64,000 nt of DNA from the human T2T-CHM13v2.0 reference genome, Homo sapiens, in the NCBI RefSeq assembly GCF_009914755.1, contig NC_060925.1. One strand, given 5' to 3'. The translations under genes and the position numbers were made by a program. Below are positions 1 to 23,999 of the stretch, one piece after another. Each line of letters starts with the position of its first letter. Positions within the stretch are counted from its first letter, which is position 1. Under the pieces are notes generated by a model. The model was given only the letters and a program-made list of their open reading frames with translations, did no database searches and was not told the DNA's origin.

Positions 1-90
<90 letters not shown>

Positions 91-151
91 TGAGTAGCTG
101 GGATTACAGGTGCCCGCCACCACGTCCAGCTGATTTTTGTATTTTTAGTAG

Positions 152-283
<132 letters not shown>

Positions 284-1701
284 TAGTGTGTGGAGAATGG
301 AGGTGAAAAGTTTTTGTGGTGGTCTCCTAATGAGACGATAGCCCACTGGCGGAGGGAGAGAAACACGTGAGAGCTATTTGGAGCCTCCCTGAAAGGTGTC
401 ACTGGGCTATGGATGGACTGAGAACCACACAGCGATGGGCCAGCCTTCGAGGGCCAACACAGAGTGAGAGACGGCCTCTGCAGGGCCCAGGCTGGGGAGG
501 GGTGGTGAGGCCAGTCACGACTAGTAATCTAAGAGCCGTCTTTCCTTACCTGCGGTGTGGAAAGGGCTGCGGGTCACAGAATCTTAGTGATATGAGCTTA
601 GGCGAGGCTCAACGGCCCTACCTCTCAGGTGAGAAAGCAGCTCTCCTGTAATCGTTATCTTTTCTCAAAGGGGAAGAACAACTTCTTCCTGTTAATAAAT
701 CACAGACCTCAGATGCTTTGTATTGCTGAGGAAACAAAACGTTTATGAATTGTTCACAGGCTGAGAAAATAAGATGCTTTGAGTTTTTGGTTTTTTCTAC
801 AAGGCTGCAATAAATAACACAGCAGTAAATCCTAACCTTTAGCTCTGATTGGTATTATTTCATTTTGGTGCCTTTCCAGCCGGCCCAAAAGTGTGATGCT
901 GTGATACACACAGTATGTGTGTATGTGTGTATATACATGACTATTTTGTGAGATTTCGCGTACTAGTTCATTAGTGGCGCCCTGGAATCACAGATCCTTC
1001 CTGCTGCGGTGATAGCATGTGGGTGGTGCCGAGGTGGACTGCTGCTTGATGGTGAAGAAAGAAAAGAGGACAGGAGGACCCGCCAGGACCACATGTGGAG
1101 AGCTGCAGCGAAAGAATCCTCGCTCGGTGGACACCATGGCTTTTTGCTAAGCCCTGGTTCTCTCTATGGACCCCATGCCTCATCTCCAGAGCCAAAACCC
1201 AGCCTTTCTCATTCAAGGACACTCCCCAGAGCTTTGGGAACACATTTCATTCTGGCTCTGTTAAGTACCCCCATAGGGTCCCGAAAGTCCAGGCTGCTTC
1301 TTGCCCCTGCCGCCTCAGGTCCCAGAGGCCCACTGCTGCGTCCAGGACGCCTCCTCCACCACGTCCTCTCCCAAAGCTTATGCAGCAGTTAAGCAAAGGG
1401 GCCCTGGCCTCTACAGCACCGAGGCAGCCTCCCAGTTCAGCCACTCTCATGTGAGTGTGGACAAATTATTTAACCTCCCTAAGCCTCCATTCTCTCTTCC
1501 ATTAAATATGGATGATAAGGATAATAAATATTAACCTCATAAGGTTGTTGTGAGAGTTAAATGAGAAAAGATATATAAAACTTAGGCCGGGTGTGGTGGC
1601 TCACGCTTGTAATCCCAGCACTTGGGGAGTCTGAGGCGGGCAGATCACTGAGGTCGGGAGTTCGAGACCAGCCCAACCATGGTGAAACCCCGTCTCTACT
1701 A

Positions 1702-1860
<159 letters not shown>

Positions 1861-2013
1861 TCAAAAAAAAAAAAAAAAGATATATAAAACTTAGTGTCAT
1901 TCCTGGCCTGTAAATGGTAAGTAAAATGTAGCTCTCACCTTTACTCCAGGTTTCAGAAATGCTGTTCCTCTCAACAGAGAGGTGGTGGATTCTCCACAAA
2001 TGCTGAGGAATGA

Positions 2014-2081
2014 ATGGATGGATGAGAGAATGCAGTGACCACTTCCCATGGATGGATGAGAGAATGCAGTGACCACTTCCC
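2014..2081. repeat. Perfect 34-bp tandem duplication
   Basis: atggatggatgagagaatgcagtgaccacttccc x2. Confidence 0.95.
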
Positions 2082-2415
2082 AATGATGAAGATTATGGCA
2101 AAAATTGATTTTAAACTCCTACAAGATAGAATCCATGATTTAATTCTTTTTATTTTTTTCTTTAAGACAGAGTCTCACTCATTGCCCAGGCTGGAGTGCA
2201 GTGGCGTGGTTACAACTCACGGCACCCTCAACCTCCCCGGGCTCAGGTGATCTTCCCACATCAGCCTCCTGAGTAGCTGGGACTACAGGTGCATGCCATC
2301 ACACTTAGCTAATTTTTCTATTTTTTTTTAAGAGATGGCGTTTTGCCATGTTGCCCAGGCTGGTCTCCAACTCTTGGGCTCAAGCAATCCTCCTGCCTTG
2401 GCCTCCCAAAGTGTA

Positions 2416-2792
2416 CAGTCATGTGTCACTTAAGAATGGAGATACATTCTGGAAAATGCGTCATTCAGCGATTTCGTAGTTGTGTGAACATCACAGAGTG
2501 TACTTACACACACCTAGATGGTACAGCCTCCTACTACACACCTAGTCTGTATAGTGTAGCCTATTGCTCCTAGGCTACAAACCCGTACAGCATGTTACTT
2601 TACCGAATACTGTAGGCAATCGTAACACAATGGTAAGTATCTGTGTATCTAAATATATCTGAACATAGAGAAGGTACAGTAAAAATACAGTATTATAATC
2701 TTATGGGATTCTAAGATTATAATCTTATAATAATATAATCTTGTATATTTGGTCCATCCTTGACAGGAACATTTCTATGTGGCATATGACTG
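2416..2792 (+). mobile_element. Tigger3a/MER7-type DNA transposon relic
   Basis: CAGTCAT...ATGACTG terminal inverted repeats with TA target duplication at 2414-2415 and 2793-2794. Confidence 0.85.
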
Positions 2793-2930
2793 TATAGCTC
2801 TTCGAACCAAAATAAAGCAAAAAGATGACTCCCAAAAAATAGATTATGAGGCCGCACGTGGTGGCTCACGCCTGTAATCCCAACACTTTGGGAGGCCAAG
2901 GTGGGCAGATCACTTGAGGTCAGGAGTTCA

Positions 2931-3173
<243 letters not shown>

Positions 3174-3404
3174 TTAGGGACTGGGATTTAACACAGGTTC
3201 AATCTTCCTAGAGTACATCTTTAATAAAGTATACACAGGGAACAGTGCCCAAATCATAAGTGTACAGCTAGATGACCTTTTACAAAGTGAGCACGCATCT
3301 GCGATCAACACCCACAGAAAGAACATTCCCGGCGCCCAGCACTGTGGCCCTCCCGTTCACTGACCCCGCCTTCCAACTTCTGGGGCATAGATTTTTGTTT
3401 TTGA

Positions 3405-4657
<1,253 letters not shown>

Positions 4658-5020
4658 CTGAAAGAGCCTAGACGAAATGGCTCTCAGTAGCAGTGAGCTC
4701 TCCTGGGGCCTGGTTCTTGGGTTCCAAATACTATATCCACTAGGAGAGGCCGGGTGTGGTGGCTCACGCCTGTAATCCCAGCACTGCAGGAGGCTGAGGT
4801 GGGCAGATCACGAAGTCAGGAGTTTGAGACCAACCTGGCCAACATGGTGAAACCCCGTCTCTACTAAAGATACAAAAAATTGGCGAGGCATGGTGGTGCA
4901 GGCCTGTAATCCCAGCTACTTGGGAGACTGAGGCAGGAGAATCACTTGAATGCGGGAGGCGGAGGTTGCAGTGAGCCGAGATCACACTCCAGCCTGGGTG
5001 ACCGGGTGAGACTCCATCTC

Positions 5021-5054
<34 letters not shown>

Positions 5055-5172
5055 TGTACAAGATGTTCCAGGGATAGCCTTTGTGTCAGAAAGTAAGAGA
5101 GCTTGGGTCCATAAGGAGCCACTGGGGGGAAACAACAAGTTTTTAAAATTTAAATAAATAGAAAAAAAAAGG

Positions 5173-5254
5173 AAGGAAGGAAACTATTAAAGACCTCTTG
5201 AATCTTATCAAAGAAGGAAGGAAACTATTAAAGACCTCTTGAGTCTTATCAAAG
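5173..5254. repeat. 41-bp tandem duplication (1 mismatch)
   Basis: aaggaaggaaactattaaagacctcttga(a/g)tcttatcaaag x2. Confidence 0.95.
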
Positions 5255-5515
5255 ATACAGGAACTAATTGGATGAAGTAAAAAATGGAATAATTTCAGCA
5301 TCAAAAAGAATAATCACTATAATGGATGGAAAACAACAAAATTATAAAATTTATATAAAATATACATAAAAATTTATATTAAATTTATATACAATGTAAT
5401 GATATATCATTATATCAAGTCCTCTCCACCCCCATGAAAAATCCCTCATTGTTGTCTTTGGAGGTTGCTGAGGGACCAACACATTATGCTGAAAATTGGC
5501 AAATGAAAGGAGTGA

Positions 5516-6237
<722 letters not shown>

Positions 6238-6744
6238 TAATGAAATAATGTATTTAGGCAACAATCATCAACAGCTACTAAAACATCAGGCAAAAGGTTA
6301 TAGAGAAACTGTAATGGGGGATCAGACTGACACCACCTCAACCCACTGACCAGTTTTTGAGAGTGAGGAACAGGAAGTAGATGGCACCTCTATGACATGT
6401 GCTCACCAACAAAATTAGATCTGAATGGAATCAAGCTTCTAGCGCTGCCTACCAGTTTATGGGAAATATGGACAATAGAGGAAAAACACAATGACACAAC
6501 AGAAATCAGTCAGCTGAATCCGACGTAGGGAAATTCTACAGGCATGACCTGGTTTCTTCAAAAATAAATGACATGGGGCAAGGCATGGTGGCTCACGCCT
6601 GTAATCTCAGCACTTTGGGAGGCGAGGTGGGCGAATCACCTGAGGTCAGGAGTTCGAGACCAGTCTAGCCAACATGGTGAAACCCCATCTCTACTAAAAA
6701 TACAAAAATTAGCCAGGCGTGATGGGCACCTGTAATTCCAGCTA

Positions 6745-6907
<163 letters not shown>

Positions 6908-7096
6908 TTAAAATAGGCTTAAAAGGCTGGGTGCAGTGGCTCGCACCTGTAATCCCAGCACTTTGGGAGGCTGAGGTGGGTGGATCACCTGAGGTCAGGA
7001 GTTGGAGACCAGCCTGGCCAACATGGTAAAACCCCATCTCTACTAAAAATACAAAAATCAGCCGGGTATGGTAGCACATGCCTATAATCCCAGCTA

Positions 7097-7205
<109 letters not shown>

Positions 7206-7363
7206 TTAAAATAAAATAAAATAGGCTTAAAAGAGGCTGCAACCAAAGCCACTTTGTGGCACTTATCTGGGTCCTAATTTGAATGAAGCAATTATAAAAA
7301 GACATTTTAGAGATGTACAGGGAAATGTGAACATATTGGTAATTTTATTAGATATAATAATAA

Positions 7364-7855
<492 letters not shown>

Positions 7856-8546
7856 TCATTTTTGTATTTTTAGTAGAGACGGGGTTTCACCATGTTGGTC
7901 AGGCTGGTCTCGAACTCCTGACCTCATCCACCCGCCTTGGCCTCCCAAAGTGCTGGGATTACAGGCGTCAGCCACCACGCCTGGCCTCTCTCTCTCTTTT
8001 TAAATTATTTTTTTGTAGAGACAGGATCTCATCTCTCTATGTTGGCCAGGCTGGTCTCAAACTCGTGGCCTCAGGCAACCCTCCCTTCTCAGCCTCGCAA
8101 AGCGCTGGGATTTGGGATTACAGGCAGGAGCAACAGTGCCCAGACTTAAGTTATTGTTTTTCATGCCCATATATCTCAGAGATAGCTACTAAACTATTTA
8201 TGGTAAAGTAATACAATGTATATTATTTGCTTTAAAATATTCTAGCAAAAAAAAGAGTGGAGGGGAACAGATGAAATAAGGTGAGCCAAACGTTGGGTGT
8301 TGAGGCTGGATCAAGAATGTTTGAGCACTCACTATGTTATTTCCTTTATCAGGGGCATTTTTGAAATTTTCCAAAATAAAAAAAAAATTAAATTTTATCC
8401 CACATTTAAATGTATGCAACTGGCGTAAACTACATTAAAATCTCAGGAATTTTGACGAACGGAAATGAGGCCAGAGTAGGAGGAACACAGCAGAGAGGGA
8501 GGTTTGGTGGCAAAGACGATGGATGCGCTGAGTTTGAAAGATGTCA

Positions 8547-9065
<519 letters not shown>

Positions 9066-9883
9066 TTAAAAAGTCAGCTACAGCCTGGAGAGCAACCAAG
9101 AAGAGTAAGAAAAAATGGTGTCATCAAAGTTTAGGGACGTGAGTGTTTCAAGAAAGAAATAAACCCAAATTGTCAGATAGGGTTGGTCAAAATAAAGACT
9201 TGAAATGGGCCTTGGAGAATTCTTCTGTTTTTGAAACACATACTGAAATATTTTGGGATAAATGATATGCTATCTGGAGTTTTCATTAAACTTATCCAGG
9301 GTGAGGTGAGAGGGAGCAGGTGGAGATGGTGGCAACAAGATTGGCTGTGAGTTGTGACTGTGGACACCGGGCATGGAACACGTGGGAATTCACTGCACTG
9401 TTCCTTCCACCTATAGGTATGTTTGAAATTTCCCATAATGAAGTTCTTTTTTTATGTTTCTATAACAATCAGTAGCCTGTGGATTTCTCATCACGGAAAC
9501 CACCAGTAACCTCTGCGTGGGTAGTTTGGGTGGCCTATGGAGGCAGAGGCCAGGCTGAACGGATGAAGGAGTAAGTAGAGGTCAGGTTCTCAAGACAGTG
9601 AGGAAGGCAACAGACAACTTGTTCAAGAAATTTAACTCTGGAGGGGAGAAGGGGCAAGGAAGTAGACAGGGGAGGATGTGAGGTTGAAAGATGGTATTTT
9701 ATTTTTCACACTGGAGAGACTAGAACTTGGTTATAGCCTGATAAGGCGAGCCAGCAGACAGGAAAGTTTTTGAAAAAGGAGGGAGCCCGAGAAAGTAGGA
9801 AGCGATGGGAGGGAGGTTCCAGAAGAAGAAACTGGCCTTAAATTTGATAACAGCTCTTCCTCTGGTACAGAAGAAAGTGGTCA

Positions 9884-10156
<273 letters not shown>

Positions 10157-10311
10157 TCAAAGGTGAGTGATGGGGCATACTCCTGGCAGATGGCTTTTCT
10201 TTTCCCTCTTGACTGGATGGTGAGGACATCCACTAAGAGTGGAAGTGAGGCCGGCCATGGTGGCTCATGCCTGTAATCCCAACACTTTGGGAGGCCAAGG
10301 CAGATGAATCA

Positions 10312-10641
<330 letters not shown>

Positions 10642-10649
10642 TCACTTGA

Positions 10650-10931
<282 letters not shown>

Positions 10932-11160
10932 TGATCCACCCACCGCGGCCTCCCAAAATGCTGGGATTACAGGCGTGAGCCACCACGCCTGGCCAAGAAA
11001 TTTTTTTAAACTACCCACGTGTGGTGGTGCATACCTGTGGTCCCAGCCAGTCAGAAAGCTGAGGTGAGAGGATTGCTTGAGCCCAGGAATTCAAGGTTTC
11101 AGTGAGCTATGATCGGGTTACTGCACACTCCAGCCTAGGCAACAGAACAAGACCTTGTCA

Positions 11161-11663
<503 letters not shown>

Positions 11664-11669
11664 TCAAGA

Positions 11670-12020
11670 ACTGTAGTTCTTCAATGTTGCCGAACAAATT
11701 ACATCCAAATTTAGCAGCTTAAAACAACAAGCATTTATCATCGCACACAGTCTCTGAGGGTTGGGAATCCTGGAGCAGCTAAGCTGGACAGCTCCTGCTC
11801 AAGGTCTGTCACAGGGATAGGGTCCTCTTCAGGCTTGCCGGGGTGGAGGACCAGCTCCCAAGCTCACTGGCATGGTTGTCAGCAGGCTCAGGTTTATTGC
11901 TGATTACTGGCAGGAGGCCTTGCCACTGGGCTCTCCATAGGACTGCTTACAACATGGTACCGAGCTTCTCCCAGAGTGAAAATCTAACGGAGAAAAAGAG
12001 AGAGCGCCAGCCTAAGATGG
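11670..12020 (-). mobile_element. MLT1-type MaLR LTR fragment
   Basis: Motif aaatttagcagcttaaaacaacaagcatttatcatcgcacacagt, typical of MLT1 3' ends read in reverse. Confidence 0.6.
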
Positions 12021-12348
12021 TGGCATTTCATAGCACAACACATCATCTCAAAACTTTTACTTGCCTTTGCCCATCGCCCATCAGCTTCCTGAAAGGGGGG
12101 ACTGAGTGTGTCTGTCTTGTCCACTGCTGTACCCTTAGAGGAGTGCTAGGCACATAGCAGACGATCGAGTTTTTTTTTCTTTATCTCGGCTCACTGCAAC
12201 CTCTACGTCCTGGGTTCAAGTGATTCTCCTGCCTCAGCCTCATAAGTAGCTGGGAATACAGGTGCATGCCACCACGCCCAGCTAATTTTTGTATTTTTAG
12301 TAGAGACGGGGTTTCACCATGTTGGCCAGGCTGGTCTCAAACTCCTGA

Positions 12349-13037
<689 letters not shown>

Positions 13038-13389
13038 CAGGCATGAGCCATTGTGCCCAGCTCTAAAATACATCTTTAAGTAAATGAATGAAATGAGTGA
13101 GTGAAACCCACCGGAGAAAACTGTAGCTACACTCAGTGAAAAACTTTCTTTTTGAGGGAGGGGCAGATCTTCCATGGGCTGGATTATAAATTTTTATAGG
13201 TGACCGGGTGCAGTGGCTCACATCTGTAATCCTGGCAGTTTGTGAGGCCGACACAGGCATTTCACTTGAGGCCAGGAGTTTGAGACCAGCCTGGACAACA
13301 TGGGGAAACCCTGTCTCTACTAAAAATACAAAAATTAGCCAGGCGTGGTGGCGCGCCTGTGGTCCCAGCTACCCAGGAGGCGGAGGTGG

Positions 13390-14253
<864 letters not shown>

Positions 14254-14309
14254 TCTTTCTGGTGATCACGGAAGAGACTATAGTGTGGAAACACCCGACC
14301 CAAAGGCTA

Positions 14310-14549
<240 letters not shown>

Positions 14550-14820
14550 TCATGGAAGGGACGATACTGAAGAAACCCCCGACCCAAAGGAAATAGACTG
14601 GAGCACTGATTGGCCGACTTTGGGTAAGTGGTGGAGTACTCTGGTAAAGGGTGGGATGGGATTAGAGGCCCAATTTAGGGGAATTAGAGTCTCTCCTAAG
14701 ACAGAGTGGGATAGAGGCCCCTCTTAATAAAAGGCAAGGACACGGTGAAACCCCGTCTCTACTAAAAATACAAAAAATTAGCCGGGCGTGGTGGCAGGTG
14801 CCTGTAATTCCAGCTACTCA

Positions 14821-14970
<150 letters not shown>

Positions 14971-15626
14971 TTAGAAGCCCAACTTAGGAGGGTTGGAGTC
15001 CCTTCCAAGATTTAGGGGGTTAGAGGCCCCTCTCAGTAAAGTCCCTTTCAGCTAAGAACGGGTTTGGCACTATGGGATGTTAACTGCTGTTCTCTTTAGA
15101 TTAATCTGCCTTGCACTCTTTGCTGATGGCTGTGGGTGACAGCATTAAGCGTGTACAGGATCGTGGGACATAGGGAGCTTTTTTCTCCCTAAAAGGGGAA
15201 ACTTGAGAGCTGATGGGACTTCTGGAAAAGATCCCTTCACGACCGACAAGCAGCCGCCTGGACTTTTCAGTGTCACTGCAATGGGTGGGTCTTTCTCTGG
15301 CCTCCCCGAGCACCTCACCTTCCTCACCTTCCTCACCTTCCCCACCCTGCCTCAGGCAATGCATTCCTCTCTCTCTGTGCAAATGGGTTAAATGGTAAAA
15401 ATCACTGTTTATCTCCTCTATGAAGTTTTGATGAATGGAAGAAAGGATTTGCGAGGCTAATCTTAAACTGTAGTGAATCTGGTGTGCTTTGCCTGTCTTT
15501 CTGTGTTCTGTGATGGAGAGGAGTATCTTAGGACAGAATGAGGGCCTAGGACACCTATAAGCCCGCTGTTCAGAGACGGCCCAGCACACTGGTCAGTTAA
15601 AAACTTCGGCCGGGTGCGGTGGCTCA

Positions 15627-16064
<438 letters not shown>

Positions 16065-16577
16065 TTATCTTCTGTCTGTCTGCGTATTTATGTGTGTCGT
16101 GTGTGTGACGTTTACATATAAAAGAGCTTGGGTTGATTGGCTTAAAAACAAGTGCTTAAATCAAATATTTTGACAGAAAAGTATAAAGTATAATGCCTTT
16201 TAGTTCATGTGACTTAAGTAATCTTTGGGAAACAGTTTTAAAGATTATTGGTAAAATAAAAATATCTTCAAAAATGTAAATATTTGGTCTAACTTATGCA
16301 GGTCAGATGTTTGCTAAATGCTTTGAGGTTATAAACTGCTTCTTTGACTTTTGGAAATTGTTCAGTTTACCTACCTTGCTGTGTATGAACATATTGGCTA
16401 AAGTTGGGTATTATTCAGTTTTTGCATAAATTAAACATTGGAAAAAAACACAACAGGTTTTTCCTGAAGCAAAAATCTGCTTATGATCTGCTCTTTAACA
16501 AAAATTGTAAAGGGTTATAAAAAGTTTATGAGAATCTTACCTTAGGGTCAAACATTAAAATTGGGTAAATGTGTCTA

Positions 16578-16929
<352 letters not shown>

Positions 16930-17214
16930 CTAATGTAAAGGTGAAATTCGGCTTATTTGGTACAAAACTCATACAGGAAACATTGTCAAATATGAAACGG
17001 TGTTTGCTTTTCTTTGGGCTGTATTTGTATAAATGTGTTATTGGCATATGTTCCAAAATAATAGGAAATTCCTATAATTCTGATATGACTTAGTATATGT
17101 TATTAATAATTATAATTGTTACAGAAAATCATTGTATGCCACAGAGGTAACCAAAAAACCAAAGTCTTATCTAAGATTTCTTCTATGGAACAGAGTTCCA
17201 TCAAAGCCAATTTA

Positions 17215-17535
<321 letters not shown>

Positions 17536-19492
17536 TTATGTGAAAAATAGTTATTCTTGCTGCACTTTATACAAATAATCAGGCCAAAGAAAAACATCCT
17601 TTGTCAATCATGTTTTTGACTGTGGCTGTCCTAAGACATTTTGCCATCCACAGACAATTGTTGTCTTAATACTCTTTAAAAGGTGGTTTATAATCAACTA
17701 GAGAACTCTAACAGGTATTCTTAAATGCAGGTTTCTGATAACTTTGGAAATTGTGATATTAAAATAGAGGAAAAAACTTTCAGAACTCTCACAGAGAACT
17801 GGAATGTCCGTGAATATCAAACACAGCAGGAGATAACTGCAGCAGCTCAAGTCAGTAATTCTGAAGTCATCTTTTTGACTTTGCTTAAAATATTATTGAT
17901 CCTTTGTTTTGCTTTTCAGAGTCAAGAAAACTTTTCTTTTGAGCTATTTGCATTTTTTTCTTTTTTTTTTGAGACGGAGTCTTGCTCTGTCGCCCCAGCT
18001 GGAGTGCAGTGGCGTGATCTCGGCTCACTGCAAACTCCACCTCCCGGGGTTCACACCATTCTCCTGCCTCAGCCTCCCGAGTAGCTGGGACTACAGGCAC
18101 CCACCACCATGCCTGGCTAATTTTTTGTATTTTTAGTAGAGACGGGGTTTCACTGTGTTAGCCAGGATGGTCTCGATCTCCTGACCTCGTGATCTGCCCA
18201 CCTCGGCCTCCCAAAGTGCTGGGATTACAGGTGTGAGCCACCGCGTCTGGCCTGCATTTTTTAACAATTGAGTAAAATATACTCCTATGAACAAACTTTG
18301 GAGCATATTTGTTTCTCTGTACCTGCTTTCTCCAGAATTTGCAAACTAGAGAGTATTCTTAACTTATGGCAATATAGTTATTTGCCTAATTGCAACAATA
18401 ATTTTTCTTTTGTAACCGGACACAAGTGGAAAAGCTGGTTATTTTACCAAGGCTTTAACCGGAATGGTGTGTTTTTCCTTTAAGGAATTAAACTTGACTT
18501 ACAGAGCCAATAAAAGCCCCTTGGGAAAACAGGCCTCATACCTTGCCCACACAGTCCCTGTACAGGGTTTCTGACCCATGGGAAGTAAAGAATGTCACTT
18601 TCCAACAGGCCCAGGAGCCCCAAGTTATCTGGGATCCCAAGATGGGAGGAATGTACTCATCCCACAGGTATTTGAGGATACAAACCCATGGCAGGGCTCG
18701 GCTCTGAAAAAGTCTTATCTAAGATTCCTTCTGTGGAACAGAGTTCCATCAAAGCCAATTTAAAAACACCTTTTGTGAAAAATAATTATTCTTGCTGCAT
18801 TTTATACAAATAATCAGACCAAATACAATAAAGTAAATCGGCCTTACCATGATTTGTATTTAGTAAAAATGAGAAACTGGAGAGAGAAAAATTATATTTC
18901 AAGAACTATAATACACCTGTTATTAGATTCTAGTCTCATGAGTTGTTTTTAAGTTTGTTTCTGTAATTTAGGCTAACCCTGCTTATTCCTGTGAACCAAC
19001 CAGTGATCTCTGGCTGCAGCTCAAAAAAAAAAAAAAAGGGATGGGTAATGTAAAAATCTGGATCAGTATTCTAATTCTGGGCATGCATTGGAATTGCTAA
19101 CAACCCCGTATCAGCTTAGTTCCAACAGTTGCCCAGTTGATGGGAAGCCTTCTAATTTAGTTTACTTGGAATAATTTTACTTATTTTGCTTTACTCTTGT
19201 GGAATATATTGTTGTTGTACTCTTTGTGTAAAAATGAGGATAAGTTTACTCAACGTTTTCTTAAATTTAACACTTATGATATCACCTTCTGTCGGAATTC
19301 AAGAGTTATGAATGGCCCTCACCATATGGATGCTTTCTGACTGAGCTCCTCTCTACCCTGAATGCAAAAGACCCAGTAGTTGGGCAGTAATATAATTGCC
19401 CCTATTCAGCCTGAAGAAGTTGCAGAAGATGGATCTTTGTCCCTCTGCAACTCTTAGGATTAAGGATTCTCTTATAAAAGGGAGGGGGGAAA

Positions 19493-20814
<1,322 letters not shown>

Positions 20815-20991
20815 TCAATGGCTCCCTAACTGTATGCTATTATTTTTAACTTTTTTCTCCTTTTGTCTTTCCTTTTTTCAAATTTAATTAGCTGATATTG
20901 CTGCCCATGAAACAGTTCTCAGGGTTAGGACTTAACATCTTGTGCCTTTGAAAATTCGCCTTCAAATACAAACACGATTTTCCCATTCTAA

Positions 20992-21237
<246 letters not shown>

Positions 21238-21826
21238 TCACTTGAGCCCGGAGGCAGAGGTTGCAGTGAGCCGAGATCACGCCACTGCGCTGCAGCCTGG
21301 GTGATACAGCGAGACTCTTTCTCAAATGAAAAGAAACAAACAAACAAAAAACAGTCTGATATCCATACTAATTGCATAATTGCGTAACCTTAAGCAAATC
21401 TCTTAACATCTTTGATTCAACGTTACACTGTGAGGGAGAGACACTAATACCTCCTTTTATAGAGGAGGAAATTGAGGTCCAGTGACTGGCTCAAGGTGGC
21501 AGAGCTGGAGAGAGTTGAGGTGCAACTGTGGGTTCAAGGTGCTGGCAAGAGGTCCCCCAGCCCCCAGCCCCTCCGTGTCACTCACTACCTGCCATCTCAA
21601 ACAGTGGTATAAAGCCCAGTAAAATGTGCATGTTTTTATATGCATGTACAACCCAAATGTAAATGTATATTGGTTTAGGTGGGAAAAAATAATTCTAAAA
21701 TTTGCAAAAGGAGTTATGTCAAAGTCCTTAAATATTGATACGTTAAAAAGTTAGTAAGTATTCTGGGCTGGGTGAGGTGTCTCAGCCTGTAATCCCAGCA
21801 CTTTGGAGGCCAAGGCGGGCAGATCA

Positions 21827-22094
<268 letters not shown>

Positions 22095-23490
22095 TTAATA
22101 AATGTATTAGGAATATGAGTAATTTCTATGCACTTCAAGATAACTAATCTCAAATTCATATGGATATATTTCAGAAAAGATTGACTCTAAGGACCCTCAT
22201 ACAGCCATGGAATGTACCGCTTTTTTTTTTTTTTTTTTGGAGACAGGGTCTTTCTGTCAGAGACAACTGAAATTTTAAAATAATAATAATAATAAAGAAC
22301 TGGGAATTGGGGAGATGATGATGATAATGATGAGGAGCAGAGGCTTGCCCAGCTTGGGTCTCCAGGGACACAGCAACAAGAATGAGCCCAGAACTCTGCA
22401 TATTCTATTTCTTGTCCTCATTTTCAGAGATGTATTATAATCTCAGTTTTGCAGATATGAAACCTAAGGCCAGCCAAGATATAGCTTTAATATGCATTTA
22501 AAGAAAATAATGGCTCAAAAACAAGGTGCAATGCTTTCATTCTATGATCAGCAATGTAGATGGAACTGACATGTATATACAAAGCATTATCTTTAATAAA
22601 ATTGTATCAATGGTTTTTTCTTTTGTTTTGTTTGTTTTTGAGATGGAGTCTCGCTCTGTCACCCAGGCTGGAATGCACTGGCATGATCTTGGCTTACTAC
22701 AGCGTCCGCCTCTCAGGTTCAAGCAATTCTCCTGCCTCAGGCTCCCAAGTAGCTGGGATTACAAGTGCCCACCACCATGCCCGGCTAATTTTTGTATTTT
22801 TAGCGGAGACAGGGTTTTACCATGTTGGCCAGGCCAGTCTTGAACTCCTGACCTCCAGTGATCCACCAGCCTCAGCCTTCCAAAGTGCTGGGATTACAGG
22901 TGTGAGCCACCGTGCCCGGCCTCAGTGTTCTTCTTATACTTAAAAAAAATTCATCTCAAGGGGCTTTAAGAAGCAACTTAATCCCCACTGAAACAAACAA
23001 GAGTTCCTTGAAGAAATGGCCAGGGAATGTTCAAGGAAAGGATGTGGGCTTCAAAAAGAATAACCATAATTAATTGAAACCCATTAAATAAATATTTCAT
23101 ATAAAGATACATGTATATGAAAAGGGAGGCGGGAGTGCTTCACAGACGAATGCTAGCTAATAAATGGATTGACAGAATAAGGTCAACATTTGCTAACTCC
23201 AGTGTAATCGCTGATTCCGTCAAGGATACTCACAAAGTGCTAAAACCATTAGGTGAACAGATTTTTGGTAACAGGATATTTGCATGGGTTTTTAATTGAA
23301 AGCGAGAAGCGTATCTTTACAATGGCAAGTTCTGGCAGTCTCCATCTTAACCCAGTGATCAAAGTTAGCGTCGCTAATGGTAGCACAATCTGACGTATGT
23401 GCCTTCCAATGTGATAAAATTTGAAATCCACATCGTCTAGAAGTATTTTTGCCCAAAATGTTTAACCTAAATTGAATCAGGCTCCTAGAC

Positions 23491-23999
23491 CAGCACATGT
23501 CAATACAAATATATGTAAGCCACTTATGTAATTCAAAATTTTCTGGTAACTGCATTTGGAAAGTAAAAACAAAAGAGAAAAGCCCGGGGTGAAATTAGTT
23601 TAAAAACATACTTTAGCTAACCCAGTATATCCGAAATATTACGATTTTAACATGTAATCCATATTTTAAAATTAATATTTTATATTCTTTTTTGTACTGA
23701 GTCATGTATTTTCAGCATGTGTTTTTACACTTTAAGTACATTTCAATTCAGATGCTAAATCTTCATTGGAAATACTTGATCTGTATTTAGATTTCATAAA
23801 ATTTGCAATTGAAAAACTAGCTCCAAGTTGTTCCACACATACATTTTTCCTATCACTGAATTGAGTATCAGTTTTTCAGTTTAAATTCAACTTAACAAAG
23901 ATGAAATGAAATTTAAATTCAGTTCCTCAGCTGTATTCACCACATTGCAAGGGCTCCAGAGCTACATGAGGCTTGTGGCTATGATACTGGATTAGGCAG
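23491..23999. mobile_element. hAT-Charlie (Charlie1/MER33-like) element
   Basis: MER33-like termini and a near-perfect 8-bp TSD tcctagac (23483-23490) / ccctagac (24000-24007). Confidence 0.7.

Noticed and set aside
367-1534. Cluster of ORFs in non-Alu sequence; possible pseudogene or enhancer
   Set aside because: No recognisable protein similarity, poly(A) tail, TSD or exon structure. It may be regulatory, but the sequence alone does not support that.
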